Below the pieces are notes generated by a model. The model ran no database searches. It had not been told where the DNA came from and saw nothing but the letters and a program-made list of their open reading frames with translations. This document shows positions 47,831 to 59,685 of a stretch of 64,000 bases of DNA, one piece after another. The DNA comes from Lama guanicoe (Eukaryota), in NCBI GenBank assembly GCA_013239625.1, contig MU053376.1, forward strand, positions 1,140,833 to 1,204,832. The letters run 5' to 3'. Every line of letters begins with the position of its first letter. Positions within the stretch are counted from its first letter, which is position 1. The position numbers and the translations under genes are program-made.

Positions 47831-50800
47831 TGGATCACTTTGCTTGGGGAGAGGGCCCCCAGAAGTTTCTGAGATGAAAAGCACAGCGTTTCAAGGGGTA
47901 ACCAAACAAGGCTGCGTTTTAAGCCCCGCCTCTTCCGTCCATGGGGTTAGAGCAGACTGTCTGGAGCTTAAAGAAAGCCAGTGGGGGGGACTGGCAGAGA
48001 TTTGGGACATGTGGCTTCTCCGTTCTGTGACTTTAAGTTCTGTTTTGCGGGGACTGTCTCTCTGGAGTAGATGAAAATCTAACGAGGGGAACATTTTTTA
48101 ACTTCCTGAGGAGAAGGTGCTGTTGGGGTGAGAACGTAAACTGAGCACCAGAATCCCACTCCAGCTATTCAGCTGAGAGACGCTGGGCAAGTTTCTTCCT
48201 CTAATATGGGGCTAATGAGACCGTGGGGACATTAAATGATGCAGGATGTGCAAAAGGCTTCGGACGGGGCCCAGCCCGTGGTGCTTACCATTATCAGTGC
48301 TACGGTCATCAGTCTTCCTGGTCCTCCGTGTTTCCCCAGCTGTAAAAGTGAGCCAACAACACTAATCTGTCTCATGGGGATTAAATGGGGGGGGGGTGGA
48401 TCATGAGATTATATTTGATGGCGTCATGGTTATAAGGGTGTATACATTTGTCAAAACCCATCAAATTGTGGATTTTGCTGTATGTAAATGACACCCTGAT
48501 TTTTATATGAGTTTCTATAACCAGGTATATCAGTCGTGTGTGTCTGAAACATGAGAGATGTTTCTTCCCTTCTTACTCCCTGACCCTCTCCCCACGAAGA
48601 CAGGAAAGAGAGTGAACACTGGCAGTAGAGGAGGAGGATTGCACAGGGGAAGGTGCTGGTACACAGGCCACAATGACTGTGTAGGTAACAGGCCACCTCT
48701 GAGACTCAGACATTCTGGATGTTTCCTGAGGCTAGAACATCAATCTCTCAGTTGCAGAGGCAACACCTGGGTAACTGAGTTTCCTTTATTAACCCAGCTC
48801 CTCATTTCATAACCTGGCACAAGAAACTGAACAGCACTCCAGTTTACTTTATACATCAGTTCCAGGGCCCGTCTCACCACCGCTGCCTCTGCCCTTTGTC
48901 TCCCAGACGCCCCCCACCACACCCAGCTGCACTTTGGCCCTTGAGCAGGGTGGCACAGTGACCATTGGCTGCCGGCTGTCACACCTAATGAAGCATTGGC
49001 CCAGGGAGACAGCCGTCCCTCAGAGCAGCCCAGGAATGGACTGTGTACCACATTAGAGACGCCTTACAGAGAGTGCTACGGTCCAGTTAAAGAGCAGTTT
49101 TGTGTGTGTGTGCGCATGTGCACATGCACGTGTGCAAAGGGACTGGAGGGGGTGGAAAGTGGAAAATAATTAAGAGTCAAGTGAAACTGATCCCTAGAGA
49201 CAGATTTTAGACCGCAAGCGAACAGTCTGCCTAAATGATAGCTGCCTGGGTGATGCTGGAGATGGAAGCAGGCTGCCAAATGGCCCCAGATCAAAGGGGA
49301 GCTTCCTTGTTTGTGTTTGTCCATGGAGTGATGCTTACAAATAAATAAATCCCATAATCCATAATCTGAGAATATTTTTAATCTCAATCTGTGAGTATGC
49401 ATTCTAGGCAAGTGTTTGGGGTCACTGGCTGGTCTTCCTGTTCTGTTTTGTTTGGGGATATAAGACTGAGTGAGAGACAGATGCAAAGATGATAGGGTGA
49501 GGATGTTTCAGATGTGGAATCCTTTCAGGATTCCTTCCCTCATCTCTCCAAAGATGCTCACATCTAGGGACAGGGAAGAGAAGGGTGTGAGTTGGGGTTG
49601 TGACAACGAAGATAGCCATTCAGAAGGCAGTAGCCCTAAATTACAGTTCTAAGTGTGAAATCCTAGTGATGAGAGGGTCTAAAGTTCAGCCGGGAACCTT
49701 TCCAATGATGAAAACGAGCAGCGGCTCTTTTGGCAGTGGTCTGATGGTAAGTGATGAGACAAAGAAAGCATGTTCCAGCTGAAATTAGCAGGCTGGGGTC
49801 CAGGTTAAAGAGCAAACAAAGGAAGGCAGCCCAGAGTCCGCCGGGGTTCCAGGATACAGGTAGGTCACAAAGCTGGGTTTATCTGCAGGTGTCAGGATTG
49901 ATCGGCCCAGGGTCTATTTCCAAGGCTCTTCTCTACTTAGCCACCCCAGTCCCCCTCCAAAAGAGGCCCAAGCTGGAATATAAAAAGGTGCTGGGCCTGA
50001 AATCCTGCCTAATTTAAGCTCTTGCTCACAAAAGAGGCCAGAGAGCACAGGGAGGGGTAGAAATCAAGTAAGTAAATGTCAGCTCGGCTGTTGGGAAGAA
50101 GCCATTAGCCAGGCAGAGCATCCAATTAGAAGCCGTTGAATTAGAGCAGTAAAACAGGGGGCCTGACATCAGAGGGCACTGCGGGGAGGGACAGTCTAAG
50201 TGGGCAGGAAGGAGCGCCAGGCGGCGGTCGATACAGGATTACCGTAAGATGTGAAAACGGCAGACGCCTCCCAAACAACAGGCCCCTGATCCAGACAGAC
50301 CCCCTGCACAAAATGCCCTCACGATCCCTTTGTCCTTCCCCAAATCCCGGCTCGGAGCCCCGCCATCTCCTGGGCTATTTTGGAAAAGAATTTTCCCTCC
50401 TGCCTGAACCCAGAGACAAAATGGGCAGCTCTCAGCCACCCTGGGATTAGTCAGAACAGACAAAGGAGGGGAGCAAATCCCTTGGCAAACAGTGCCCGGG
50501 AGATTTCATTTTTCTCTTTTCAGTACAAACCTAGTCAGACAGATGCTGGAATACATCTGTCTGCCTGTGCACACAAGAAGAGAACTTCGTTCACACGGAG
50601 ATGTTTTCATTGAATGCTGTAATTATTTTATTGTGTAACCAGTGTTTTGCCAATGCTGAGTCTTTTATTTTCTTTTTCAATTCATTTCCTTGTTCAAAGA
50701 AAGAAAAGATTGAATATTTCTCCCCTTTATCCTAAATTGGAAGATTTCAGTTAAATCTCTTAAAAGCCCCATATGTCAGTGGTGCCCGGATTCCAGGATT

Positions 50801-51231
50801 TAGAACGGGAAATCCACCCTGAAAATGAAAACAGAAAGTAGCTCAGATTTAGGACAATTGAGTCTCGTGTTTTTCATTTAACAAATAGCAATCGGGCACC
50901 TCTTGAGTGCAAAGCACGAGGTGGCCTACCAGGCGTGGCTTGTGGGCTCAGGAAGCTTCCAGGCTCCGAGGGGGAAAGGCACCGGGCATACACGTCCAGA
51001 GTAGAAGGAAGCATGTAAATGACACATGATCAGTCTGCCCTTTGCACATGGGAGTGGAAAGGAAGAAGAAATCGGAACTGTCCAAGGGTGCCAGAGAAAA
51101 CCTGGTGAGAGAGAAGGTCTTTGAACCAGTCCTGCAAAAGGGTGGCAGGTTTTGGTGGAGTTCAGGGCATTCAAGCAGAGACAAAAGAGATCCATGCTTG
51201 CAGACTGGGGTGTGGTTGATAAACCACACAT

Positions 51232-51396
51232 CAGAGGTTGCCAGATAAAATCCAGACTGCCCAGTTAAATTTGAATATTTATATTTAAAGTATTACATTA
51301 AAATTATATTAAATTATATTATGTTAAAAACCAGTTGTCATTTATGTGAAATTCTGATGTAACCTAGATTTCTATTTACTTAACCTGGTAAACCTG
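51232..51396. mobile_element. Palindromic hAT MITE (MER53-like), internally deleted
   Basis: GGTTGCCAGATAAAATCCAGACTGCCCAGTTAAATTTGAAT at the left end and the inverted counterpart ...CCTGGTAAACCT at the right end. Confidence 0.7.
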
Positions 51397-51734
51397 CGAC
51401 AGGAGCAAATGACCACTCTCGTACATCAGGCCCTGCAATAACCCAGGTGCTTAAATGTGTTCTTTGTAAGCCCCTGCCACTACTTCTGCAGAGTAGCAGC
51501 ACGCCCATTTCACAGGTGAGAAAACTAAGGCTTATAAGGTTTAAGCAACTTGTGCCTCTAATCAAGCAGTTAACAAGTGGCCGTGACAGGATTTCACTGT
51601 AGGTCTGACTCACTAGTTCCAAAGATGTCATGGAAATGAAAGGTCCGGTGAGGGGAAGGATGGGAGAGCTAGAGACAGAACTTGCTTTTGAATACTGGGC
51701 TAAGGAGCTAGGCTTCTCAGAAGGCAATGGAGCC

Positions 51735-51825
51735 AGGTAGGGATAGCTCATGCTCAGCATGCACAAGGTCTGTGCACAAGGTCCTGGGTTCATTCCCCAG
51801 TACTGCCATTAAAAAGAAAGAAAGA
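51735..51825 (+). mobile_element. Rearranged Vic-1-like SINE
   Basis: GGATAGCTCA..TGCTCAGCATGCACAAGGTC-TG-TGCACAAGGTCCTGGGTTCATTCCCCAGTACTGCCATT plus an A-rich tail. Has an internal deletion and a local duplication. Confidence 0.75.
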
Positions 51826-52429
51826 ATGCAGTAGAGAGTCCTCGAAGGTTTTTGTGCTAGGAAGTAAAATGATCATCGCAGTGTTTGAGATATTCACCTG
51901 GCAGCAGACTGTAAAACCAGTTTGATCCTGGTGAAGGGTTTAGAGATGAGGAGCCTACGCACTCTTTCTTTCCACAGTGGTGTGTGGGGTGCCTACCAGG
52001 CGCCAGGCACTACACCAGGCACTGAGAGCACAGAGGTGAAAAGGAAAGGCACGGTGGATGTCTTACAGCCTAATACGTTAACATGCAACTGATTTCAATA
52101 AAGGGCAATGAGTTTCATGGGTGAGGAACTTGGGCGACTTAGAAGATTATCAACATAGACTACCAGTGAGGGATGAGGACTTAGGGTCATGGAAATGGGA
52201 CTGTACAGGGCTTTTGTAAACCAAGATTTTAAAATATACTCAGGACATGACCAAGTGATTTAATTCTTAATTGTAAGGCTAGTTGACATGGGACAAACGC
52301 AGTTCATTAAAATCCAGTAACTTTAAATTCCAGTTACCCAGGTGTCTCATGATCCCCCCCCCCACTTCTATGGGGTGGGGAGGTATTCTACTCACACACA
52401 AAACAAGAAAGCACGCTGGCTAAGAGCAA

Positions 52430-53035
52430 AAGCTTCATAGACTTCAATATAAGAACTAAGTCTATAAAACTCTTAGAAGAAAACAGGCATAAATCTTCGT
52501 GGCTGTGGTTTCTTTTTTTATTCAGCTTTGATGGGATATGTGATAATATAACATGTCAGTTAAAGGTGTACAAGTGATTTGATACACGTATAAATTGCAA
52601 AGTGAATACTACCGTAAGGTTAGTTAAGACCTCCATCACCTCACACAAATTATTTTTCTTTGTGTGTTTGTGTGTGGTGATGGCATTCAAAAGCTACTCT
52701 GTTAGCATCTATGAAGTATGTGCTGCAATGTTAACTGTAGTCAGGCAATGGTTTCTTAGATATGACACCAAAAGCAGAAGCAACAAAAGAAACAACTCTT
52801 TTATATCAGTGCTTCATTTCTTTTTTTTTTAGCCTAATAACATTCTCTTGTACGAATATGACACACATTTTTTTATCCATTTATTACTTGATAGATAGGG
52901 TTTCCTTTGGGGTTGATGAGAATGTTCTAAAATTGATTGTGGTGAGGATTACACAACTCTGGCAAAAATCATTGAATTGTACACTATAAGTGATTGGATT
53001 GTATGGTATGTTAATGATATCTCAATAAAATTTTT
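52430..53035. mobile_element. Cluster of nested L1 fragments in both orientations
   Basis: CTATAAAACTCTTAGAAGAAAACAGGCATAAATCTT (plus) is interrupted by a minus-strand L1 3' piece, then resumes as GGCAATGGTTTCTTAGATATGACACCAAAAGCA. An L1M 3' end with AATAAA lies at about 53024. Confidence 0.7.
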
Positions 53036-53145
53036 TTTTTTAAGAGCAAAGGTTTTGGCATCAGATGAACATGGGTTTGTATCCCAGTTCTCCACCTGAT
53101 CTTGAAAAAATCAACTTTCTGGGTCTCAATGTATTATAATATATT

Positions 53146-53175
<30 letters not shown>
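53146..53175. repeat. (ATG)n trinucleotide repeat
   Basis: Direct reading, about 10 units. Confidence 0.95.
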
Positions 53176-53177
<2 letters not shown>

Positions 53178-53881
53178 AGCTTTTGGACACAGGGTTGCTG
53201 AGTGAATTAAATGAAATAATGCCTGTAAAATAGTGCCGTTCCAGACACATAATAAGCTGTTAATTAATGTTACTTTTGCCACTGAGTTTAGATGAGTACC
53301 AACTTTTGTGCGTGACCACAAACCATACTTAATTCTAGCATTTTAATTTATACAAAAGTATCCTCGGAAAATTTCACAGGACTGTGTATACATCTGAGGA
53401 AGTTACAACTGTGCAATTCCATATGGCATCTCAAAATTAGGAAACGTATCTCTCAACTGTTGAAACACAATTGTCCGAATTAAAAATTTGACCCAGAAGA
53501 CACCCAGAGTTAAACTAATTTTGGTTAAAGGCTTCACAGCAAACTTAGCAAGGGGTATTTATATTAACTTCACATCCTTTAAGTGGAATTCTATGAAGAT
53601 ATCTTTGGTGGGTATGTGATTGACTAAAAGAGGGTATAACCAGGACCAGAACAGCAAGGAAAAGATCTGCCACAATTTCTGTAGCTTTCAGATATGTTTA
53701 TTTTTCCATCATTTAAACATGAACTGTGAAAATGAATTACTTGTTCTGCCATGAAAGCAGAATTGCCTACGAACATGTGAAAAGACTTTGTTAACTAGTT
53801 GAAATGGAAAATATTGCAAAGAAGTATATAGCAAAAAAGAAATTATCTAGAGTAGCAACTTGAAGAGTTTAAATTTCTCAC

Positions 53882-53977
53882 GGGGGACGGTCATAGCTCA
53901 GTGGTAGAGTGCATGCTTAGCGTGCATGAGGTCCTGGGTTCAATCCCCAGTGCCTCTTAAAAATAAAAATAAATAAA
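53882..53977 (+). mobile_element. tRNA-Ala-derived SINE (Vic-1-like, short form)
   Basis: GGGGGACGGTCATAGCTCAGTGGTAGAGTGCATGCTTAGCGTGCATGAGGTCCTGGGTTCAATCCCCAGTGCCTC plus (AAAT)n. TSD TAAATTTCT at 53870-53878 and 53978-53986. Confidence 0.9.
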
Positions 53978-54377
53978 TAAATTTCTTCTCATGCTCCTTT
54001 CCAACTTAAATGGGGAAAGGCTTACGAGTGTAGATAAGACACCTACGAAAAGAGGTCTCAGTCTGGGTAAGGAGGCACTGTCTGTGTTAATAACACCTGT
54101 TATGCACAAGATGCTTTCCATGTTTTATCTACTGCACAAAACCCATTTTATAGATGAGAAAATGGAAGCCCAGAGTTAGTTTCCCAAGATCACAGAGGCA
54201 GGAGGTGGCAGCACCAGAGTCTGATACCAAGAGTCCGACACCATGTAGACGGTTCTCCTTCCACTAATCGCCAGGGCCTTCCTAATTCTTGGCCTGGTTC
54301 TCCTGTGAAGAGGAATCTTAAGGTCCCCCTCTTTCCTCTTCTCTGAGCTCAATCATTTGAAATCTTTTAACCTTTGC

Positions 54378-54546
54378 TACAGCGGTCTTCACCCAAGGCA
54401 ATTCATCTCCAACCTTGGCTGCACTGACGCCTGTGTCTCCCCCCAGAGATTCTGAGGTAACTGGTCCAGGGCACAGCCTGGGCCTCAGAGAGCACTTAAA
54501 AGGTCCCCAGGTGATTCTTACGGTCAGGCAGGTTGAGGACCACTGG
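54378..54546. mobile_element. MER5-like hAT MITE
   Basis: CAGAGATTCTGAGGTAACTGGTCCAGGG...CCCCAGGTGATTCT...GTTGAGGACCACTG. Similar degraded copies at about 9650-9815 and 63285-63420. Confidence 0.65.
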
Positions 54547-56159
54547 ATTAGGGGAATCTGTGTGGTAATGATTCTGAGAGGAGATACCCCGATCTCCACT
54601 GAACTTCGGCTAGATGGGGTTTGCCCAGAAGCTGCTGGGCCTTTAAAATAAGGAAGGAATGAACTCCCTGGCTAGGCCTAGAGGCAGCCTATAAGGACTC
54701 CTGCACCATAGGCTCCTGTTAGACAGATAAGAAGACCAAATCCGGGCTCCCAGCCAGCAATCCCAGGATCAGGCAGTGTTTAACCAGTTTAATTGTTGTG
54801 TGAACAAAATGTACCACTGCAGCACTTTGTAGAATTTGATCTCAGAGGGGCCGTCTCCCTCCCACCCCTGCCTGGTGGCCTGAGCAGTGAAGACAGCTGA
54901 TTAAGCACGTTAGCTCTCTCCCCTCTGGCTCCTGTCCGACTCTCCAAGAGCAAGAGACAACTCTGCCTCAAAACAGGCTAGGAGGATCTGTGTCATTTAG
55001 GGAAACAGACATGGAGGACATCGAAGGAGAATGGCAGGACGGTGATGAGGAGCTGTAAGAGACAAACACCATGTGCTTTTCCCTTGGGTTTCTCCATTGT
55101 TTGCAAAGCCCATAATATTAAGACACTCTGCCCATTGTGGGGATTTGTTGGGGGGGGAGCAGAATTTTACTGTTTAGAATTTTAGTCCTCTTATTAACAT
55201 TAATTGGAAGATAAGATTCACCCTCTCCTTTCCCCTTTCAGTATCCGCATATGCATTAAAACCTATGTTAATCTCAAAATCTTTTACCCAGAAGCCTCCA
55301 CCACCCAGAACAAAGGCTTATGGGCTTGATTTTGTAGCAGAGGTTGAGGCCCTCACTCTGAGCCTCTTTTCTTACATTTTATTTTTAAGCCTTATATTCC
55401 AACTAGCGTTTATTAGATCCTTGCTATCTGCGAGCACCAGACTAGGTGTTAGTGCATCGATTGATCGATGATTAAGACGCCATCCTTGAGCTCTGAGTCC
55501 ACAATCTGGCTGAAAGCTGCCCATCTACGACTTACCATGAGATGAGTTATCCAGGCCAAGAAACTTAATAACAAAAATAATCAACCCTGTCGGTTCTAAT
55601 AAGTCTGGTTAGAGGGTTTCTCCAACCTACAGAAAATTGGAGTCAGAATATTCAAATGCACAAAAGAATTTTTCAAGGTAGTTGACAGCCAGAAGGCAGA
55701 GGGAGGAAAAAAATCCTACAACTCGGAGAACACAGCAGTCTGGGACCAGGTATTAAGCTGTCTTCTAGGCCTGAATAGGTGTCCCTACTTTAATATGGTT
55801 AGTAAAGTATTAGTAGTAGTAACAGCTATGATTTATTGCTAGGTGCTGCACCGTGTGTTTCTGTATAGATTATTTCATTAGTCCTTACAACAATGCTGAG
55901 ATAGACATCACCTCCCCACTTAGCTGATGGAGGAACTGCAGCTCAGCAAGGCTCAGTGGTTTGCAAGAACGCTCAGCTGTTAGATGCAGGGTTAGAATTG
56001 GAACCCAGGTCTGTCTCTTTCCTCAAAGTGATGTTCATGGCTACAAAGTCAAAGATACACAAGTTTAGGCAGGGAGAGCATCTCATTCAAGGTCCTCATT
56101 TTACTGAGGAGGAAACGAAAGGGGAAATTATTCCAAAATATGCAAAATTATAATTATAT

Positions 56160-57058
56160 ATATTTTATTGAGGTGTAATTTACATATAACATATTAATTT
56201 CGGGTGTACAACATAATGATTCAATAATTGTATATGTTCTGAAATGACCACCACAATAAGTCTAGTTAACATCTGTCCCCATCTATAGTTACAAAAAATT
56301 TTTTTTCTTGTGATGAGTGGTTTTAAGAACTGCAAATAGTAAATGTTAGAGAGGGTGTTAAAAGGAACCCTCCTACTGTTAGTGGGAATGTATATTGGTG
56401 TAGCCAGTGTGGAAAACTGTATGCACCTTCCTTAAAAAAAAAAACAACTTAGAGTTACCATGGGATCCAGCAATCCCACTCCTGGGCATATATCCAGAGA
56501 AAACTCTTATTTGAAAAGATAGATGACCCCAGTGTTCACAGAAGCACTATTTGCAATAGCCAAGACATGGAAGCAACCTAAATGTCCGTAGAGAGATGAA
56601 TGGATAAAGAAGATGTGGCATATATATATATATATACTACTCAGCCATAAAAAAGAATGAAATAAAGCCATTTGCAACAACATGGATGGACCTAGAGATT
56701 ATCATACTAAGTGAAGTAAGCCAGAAAGAGAAAGAAATATACCGTATAATATCACTTATATGTGGAATATAAAAAATAAGATGCAAATGAACTTATTTGT
56801 TATCCTTTTGATAACAGCCATTTTAAAAGGTGTGAGGTGATATTTCATTGTGGTTTTGATTTGCATTTCCCTGATGACTAATGATGGGCATCTTATCATG
56901 TGTCTGTTGGCTATCTGAATGTCTTTTCTGAAAATATGTCTATTCAGATCTCTGCCCACATTTTAATCAGATTGGTTTTGCTTTTTCACTATTTTCTATT
57001 AGTTCTTTATACATTTTGGATATTAACTTCATATCAGACATGTATTTGCAAATATTAT
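56160..57058 (-). mobile_element. L1 (L1MA9-like 3' end) with internal inversion 56333-56799
   Basis: Minus-strand L1 at 56800-57058 and 56160-56332 flanks a plus-strand L1 segment that continues the 56800-57058 piece. Confidence 0.75.
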
Positions 57059-57154
57059 TCTTGAAAGCTTATATTTAAGTTTCTTTCCTTAAAAAGGTAA
57101 AGAAAGATATAACATTTCAGGAAGATTTCTATCAAAATATCACCTTCATAACGC

Positions 57155-57605
57155 TGTCATAGGGCAGGTTCCCTAGAAGCAGGGCCTGAGATCTGTGGCT
57201 TTTTGCAGAAGTGTTCTTCAGAGAGACCTGTAAGGGTCTATATCAGTATAAGGGGACAGAACCACATGGAACTATGGTCCCACGTACGATCTAGCCCCGG
57301 CCTCATTCAAAGTGGATGGAGGGGAGGTAGAGCCCTCTGGAACAAAAATAACATCACAGAAGTGTCCACTTCTCATCTTGATGGCAACGGGCTGGACTTT
57401 TGTTTTCCCAGATCAGTCAGTCCTTGGCTGTGGGCTGCCCGGATGGGTGTAAGTGATCAGGAGAAGTGGCCCCCATCAGTTGAGGGTAGCTTTCAGCAGG
57501 AGAGGGGTACCCATGAGCCTTTGGCAGCCAACCCACACAGCAGGGGTGGGTACACAGGGCCAGGGAAGGGGATCTGGGCAGAGCACCAAAACAGCATCCA
57601 CTCAC
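57155..57605. mobile_element. ERVL-class LTR (LTR33-like)
   Basis: TGTCATAGGGCAGGTTCCCTAGAAGCAGGGCCTGAGA...TCAGTCAGTCCTTGGCTGTGGGCTGCCC. Family assigned by recall. Confidence 0.6.
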
Positions 57606-57723
57606 ACACCCAGGACAAGTGACAGTCCTCTGTTTACATCTCTGCTTCCTTCACTAGCTAGTCATTATGTCCCAGCTCCTAGCACAGGAATTAGTACATA
57701 GCAGTCCCTTCATAAATGCCAGT

Positions 57724-57841
57724 GGGGTGGGAGGGTATAGCTCAAGTGGTCGAGCACATGCTTAGCATACACAAGGTCCCGGATTCAATCCCCATACCTC
57801 CTCTGAAAATAAATAAGTAAACCTAAATACCGTCCCAAAAG
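57724..57841 (+). mobile_element. tRNA-Ala-derived SINE (Vic-1-like)
   Basis: Head plus TAAACCTAA tail. Imperfect TSD TAAATG(C/T)CA(G/A)T at 57713-57723 and 57842-57852. Confidence 0.85.
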
Positions 57842-59019
57842 TAAATGTCAATAGAATGATACACTATTAGAAGGGAAATTGCCACTGCTCTCCAAGAGGC
57901 AAAGTGAAGTTATCTGGAAAAAATTGCCAATTGAATGAGGAATCACTGAGGATAAGGCCACACCGGCCTACAGGAGTAGACAGGCAGAAAGACTCGTTGA
58001 ATACAGAGCCACAAACTTCCCATCACGAGCAGGGTTTGCTGAGAATGCAGATCTGTTCATCTAAGCAATATTTCCACCTCCCCACGTTGAGAGAGCACAT
58101 CACATCAAACGGAACCTTTTGATGGCTTCTCACAAGTGGGAGACATCTGTGCTGTCACTGAGAATTAATTGTAGAAAGCCTAGCCTAAGGAAATGCCTAC
58201 ATTTCTCCTTTTTGCTACCAGATTTGGTATAAGCAAGCAGCAGCCTGGCAGGTGATTAGCGATGTGTTATCCCTACACCTCTCCAAGTGGCCTTCTTTTG
58301 CAAGCAACACCCCACCTTTAAATAAAGCTGCTAGCAAATGCAGACAGCTGCCTACGTTCTTTTGCCAAGTTGCAGTATTGGGCTTGCAATACCAGTACAG
58401 GTGAGCTCTAGCATCTACGTGGCTGTTACTATTCTGATAGTGTAAAATCCCTTTACCCTGGGACCTCACGTCCTGGGATGTATTTTCCACACTTGCCCCA
58501 AATCAAGAAAGATGCATGGTATCGTCTTACTTCTGAAGATGGCAATGAGGATGGACACCAGGTATAGCGAGGAAGTTGGTTTGTTTCAAAACAGAAATCA
58601 AGAGATGGAAGGCATCAAATATGAGGGGAGAGTTAGGGACTATTTCACTAGGTCTCCACTAAGGAAACTAAAAAGAACAAACAAACAAACAAAAAAAACA
58701 CAAGAATTAGTGGAGTTTGGGGCTAGACCATGCACATAAGTACCCCCATACCTCTGATGGGCTGTCAGAACCACAAGGACGTTGATGCCAGCATACCCGC
58801 CTGTTACAGGTAGCATATGCCCTGCCTGTTCTGGCATGTTCTGGTTGAGTTCCCATGGGCACACAATGTGGAAAGTGGAGGCACTTATCCAGGTACAGCT
58901 TGTCTTGGCCACAACCTGTTATTGAGGGGGAGTGTGGGGTGAGATGCTGGCGAAGACGAAGAAAGGAAACCACATGATACAGACGGACTGTCTACACAGA
59001 GGAAGATAACTGGGGTCCT

Positions 59020-59303
59020 GTAGGCAGAATCTAAACTGTAGATGAGTTTTGTTTGGCCCACAGTTTCGTGGGTTTTTTAACTTTTTTGAATTAGTTGCCA
59101 ACTTGAAGAATTCAGAGATTTCACCTAAATAGCTAGAATTTGCACTTTTTTTTAAAAACTCTGCCCCCATTCCTGCATGGCAAGTGTTGGCTGGGCTGGG
59201 GAGGCACTGCCCCCTCTGGTGTAATGTGCGTACTGCAAGTCGCGGGGCTCACTCATTTGCACAATTTGCCTCAACTGGTGGGTATTTGAGTTTGAGATCC
59301 CTG
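59020..59303. mobile_element. hAT-Charlie element (MER102-like)
   Basis: TTTTGTTTGGCCCACAG...TTAGTTGCCAAC...GATTTCAC...TATTTGAGTTTGAGATCCCTG. Family assigned by recall. Confidence 0.6.
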
Positions 59304-59339
59304 ATAGTCTGAACAAATGCTGTGGATAATTGCTGCGTT

Positions 59340-59685
59340 TCTTTTTCATTTTTTAAAATTGTGGTAAAATGGACATAACATAAATGTTACCAGTTTAGTC
59401 ATTTTTACCTGTGCGGTTCAGCGATCTTGGAGCACACCCACATTGCTGTGCGGCCGTCACCACCATCCAGCTCCGGAAATTCTTTCTTGCTCCCAAACTG
59501 AAACTCTGTAGCCATTAAAGAACAACTCTCGGCACCCCCTCCCTCCAGACCCTGGCCACGCCCTTCTGCTTTCTATCTCCATGAATTCAATTATTCTAGG
59601 CAATGCATCTAAGGGAGATCATACAGTATTTGCCCTTTTGTGATTGGATTATTTCACCAAGCACACTGTCTCTAAGGTTCATCAA
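59340..59685 (-). mobile_element. L1MB-like 3' end
   Basis: TTTTAAAATTGTGGTAAAAT...CCAAACTGAAACTCTGTA...ATCATACAGTATTTGCCCTTTTGTGATTGG... Confidence 0.8.

Noticed and set aside
53146..53175. Poly-Ile / poly-Asp / poly-Met coding tract
   Set aside because: Simple (ATG)n microsatellite inside a MIR-like element.
53882..53956. Apparent tRNA-Ala(AGC) gene (and similar heads at 5883, 20311, 57724 etc.)
   Set aside because: Extra 5' bases disrupt the acceptor stem, it is followed by an A-rich tail rather than a poly-T terminator, and it is flanked by TSDs. These are SINE copies.
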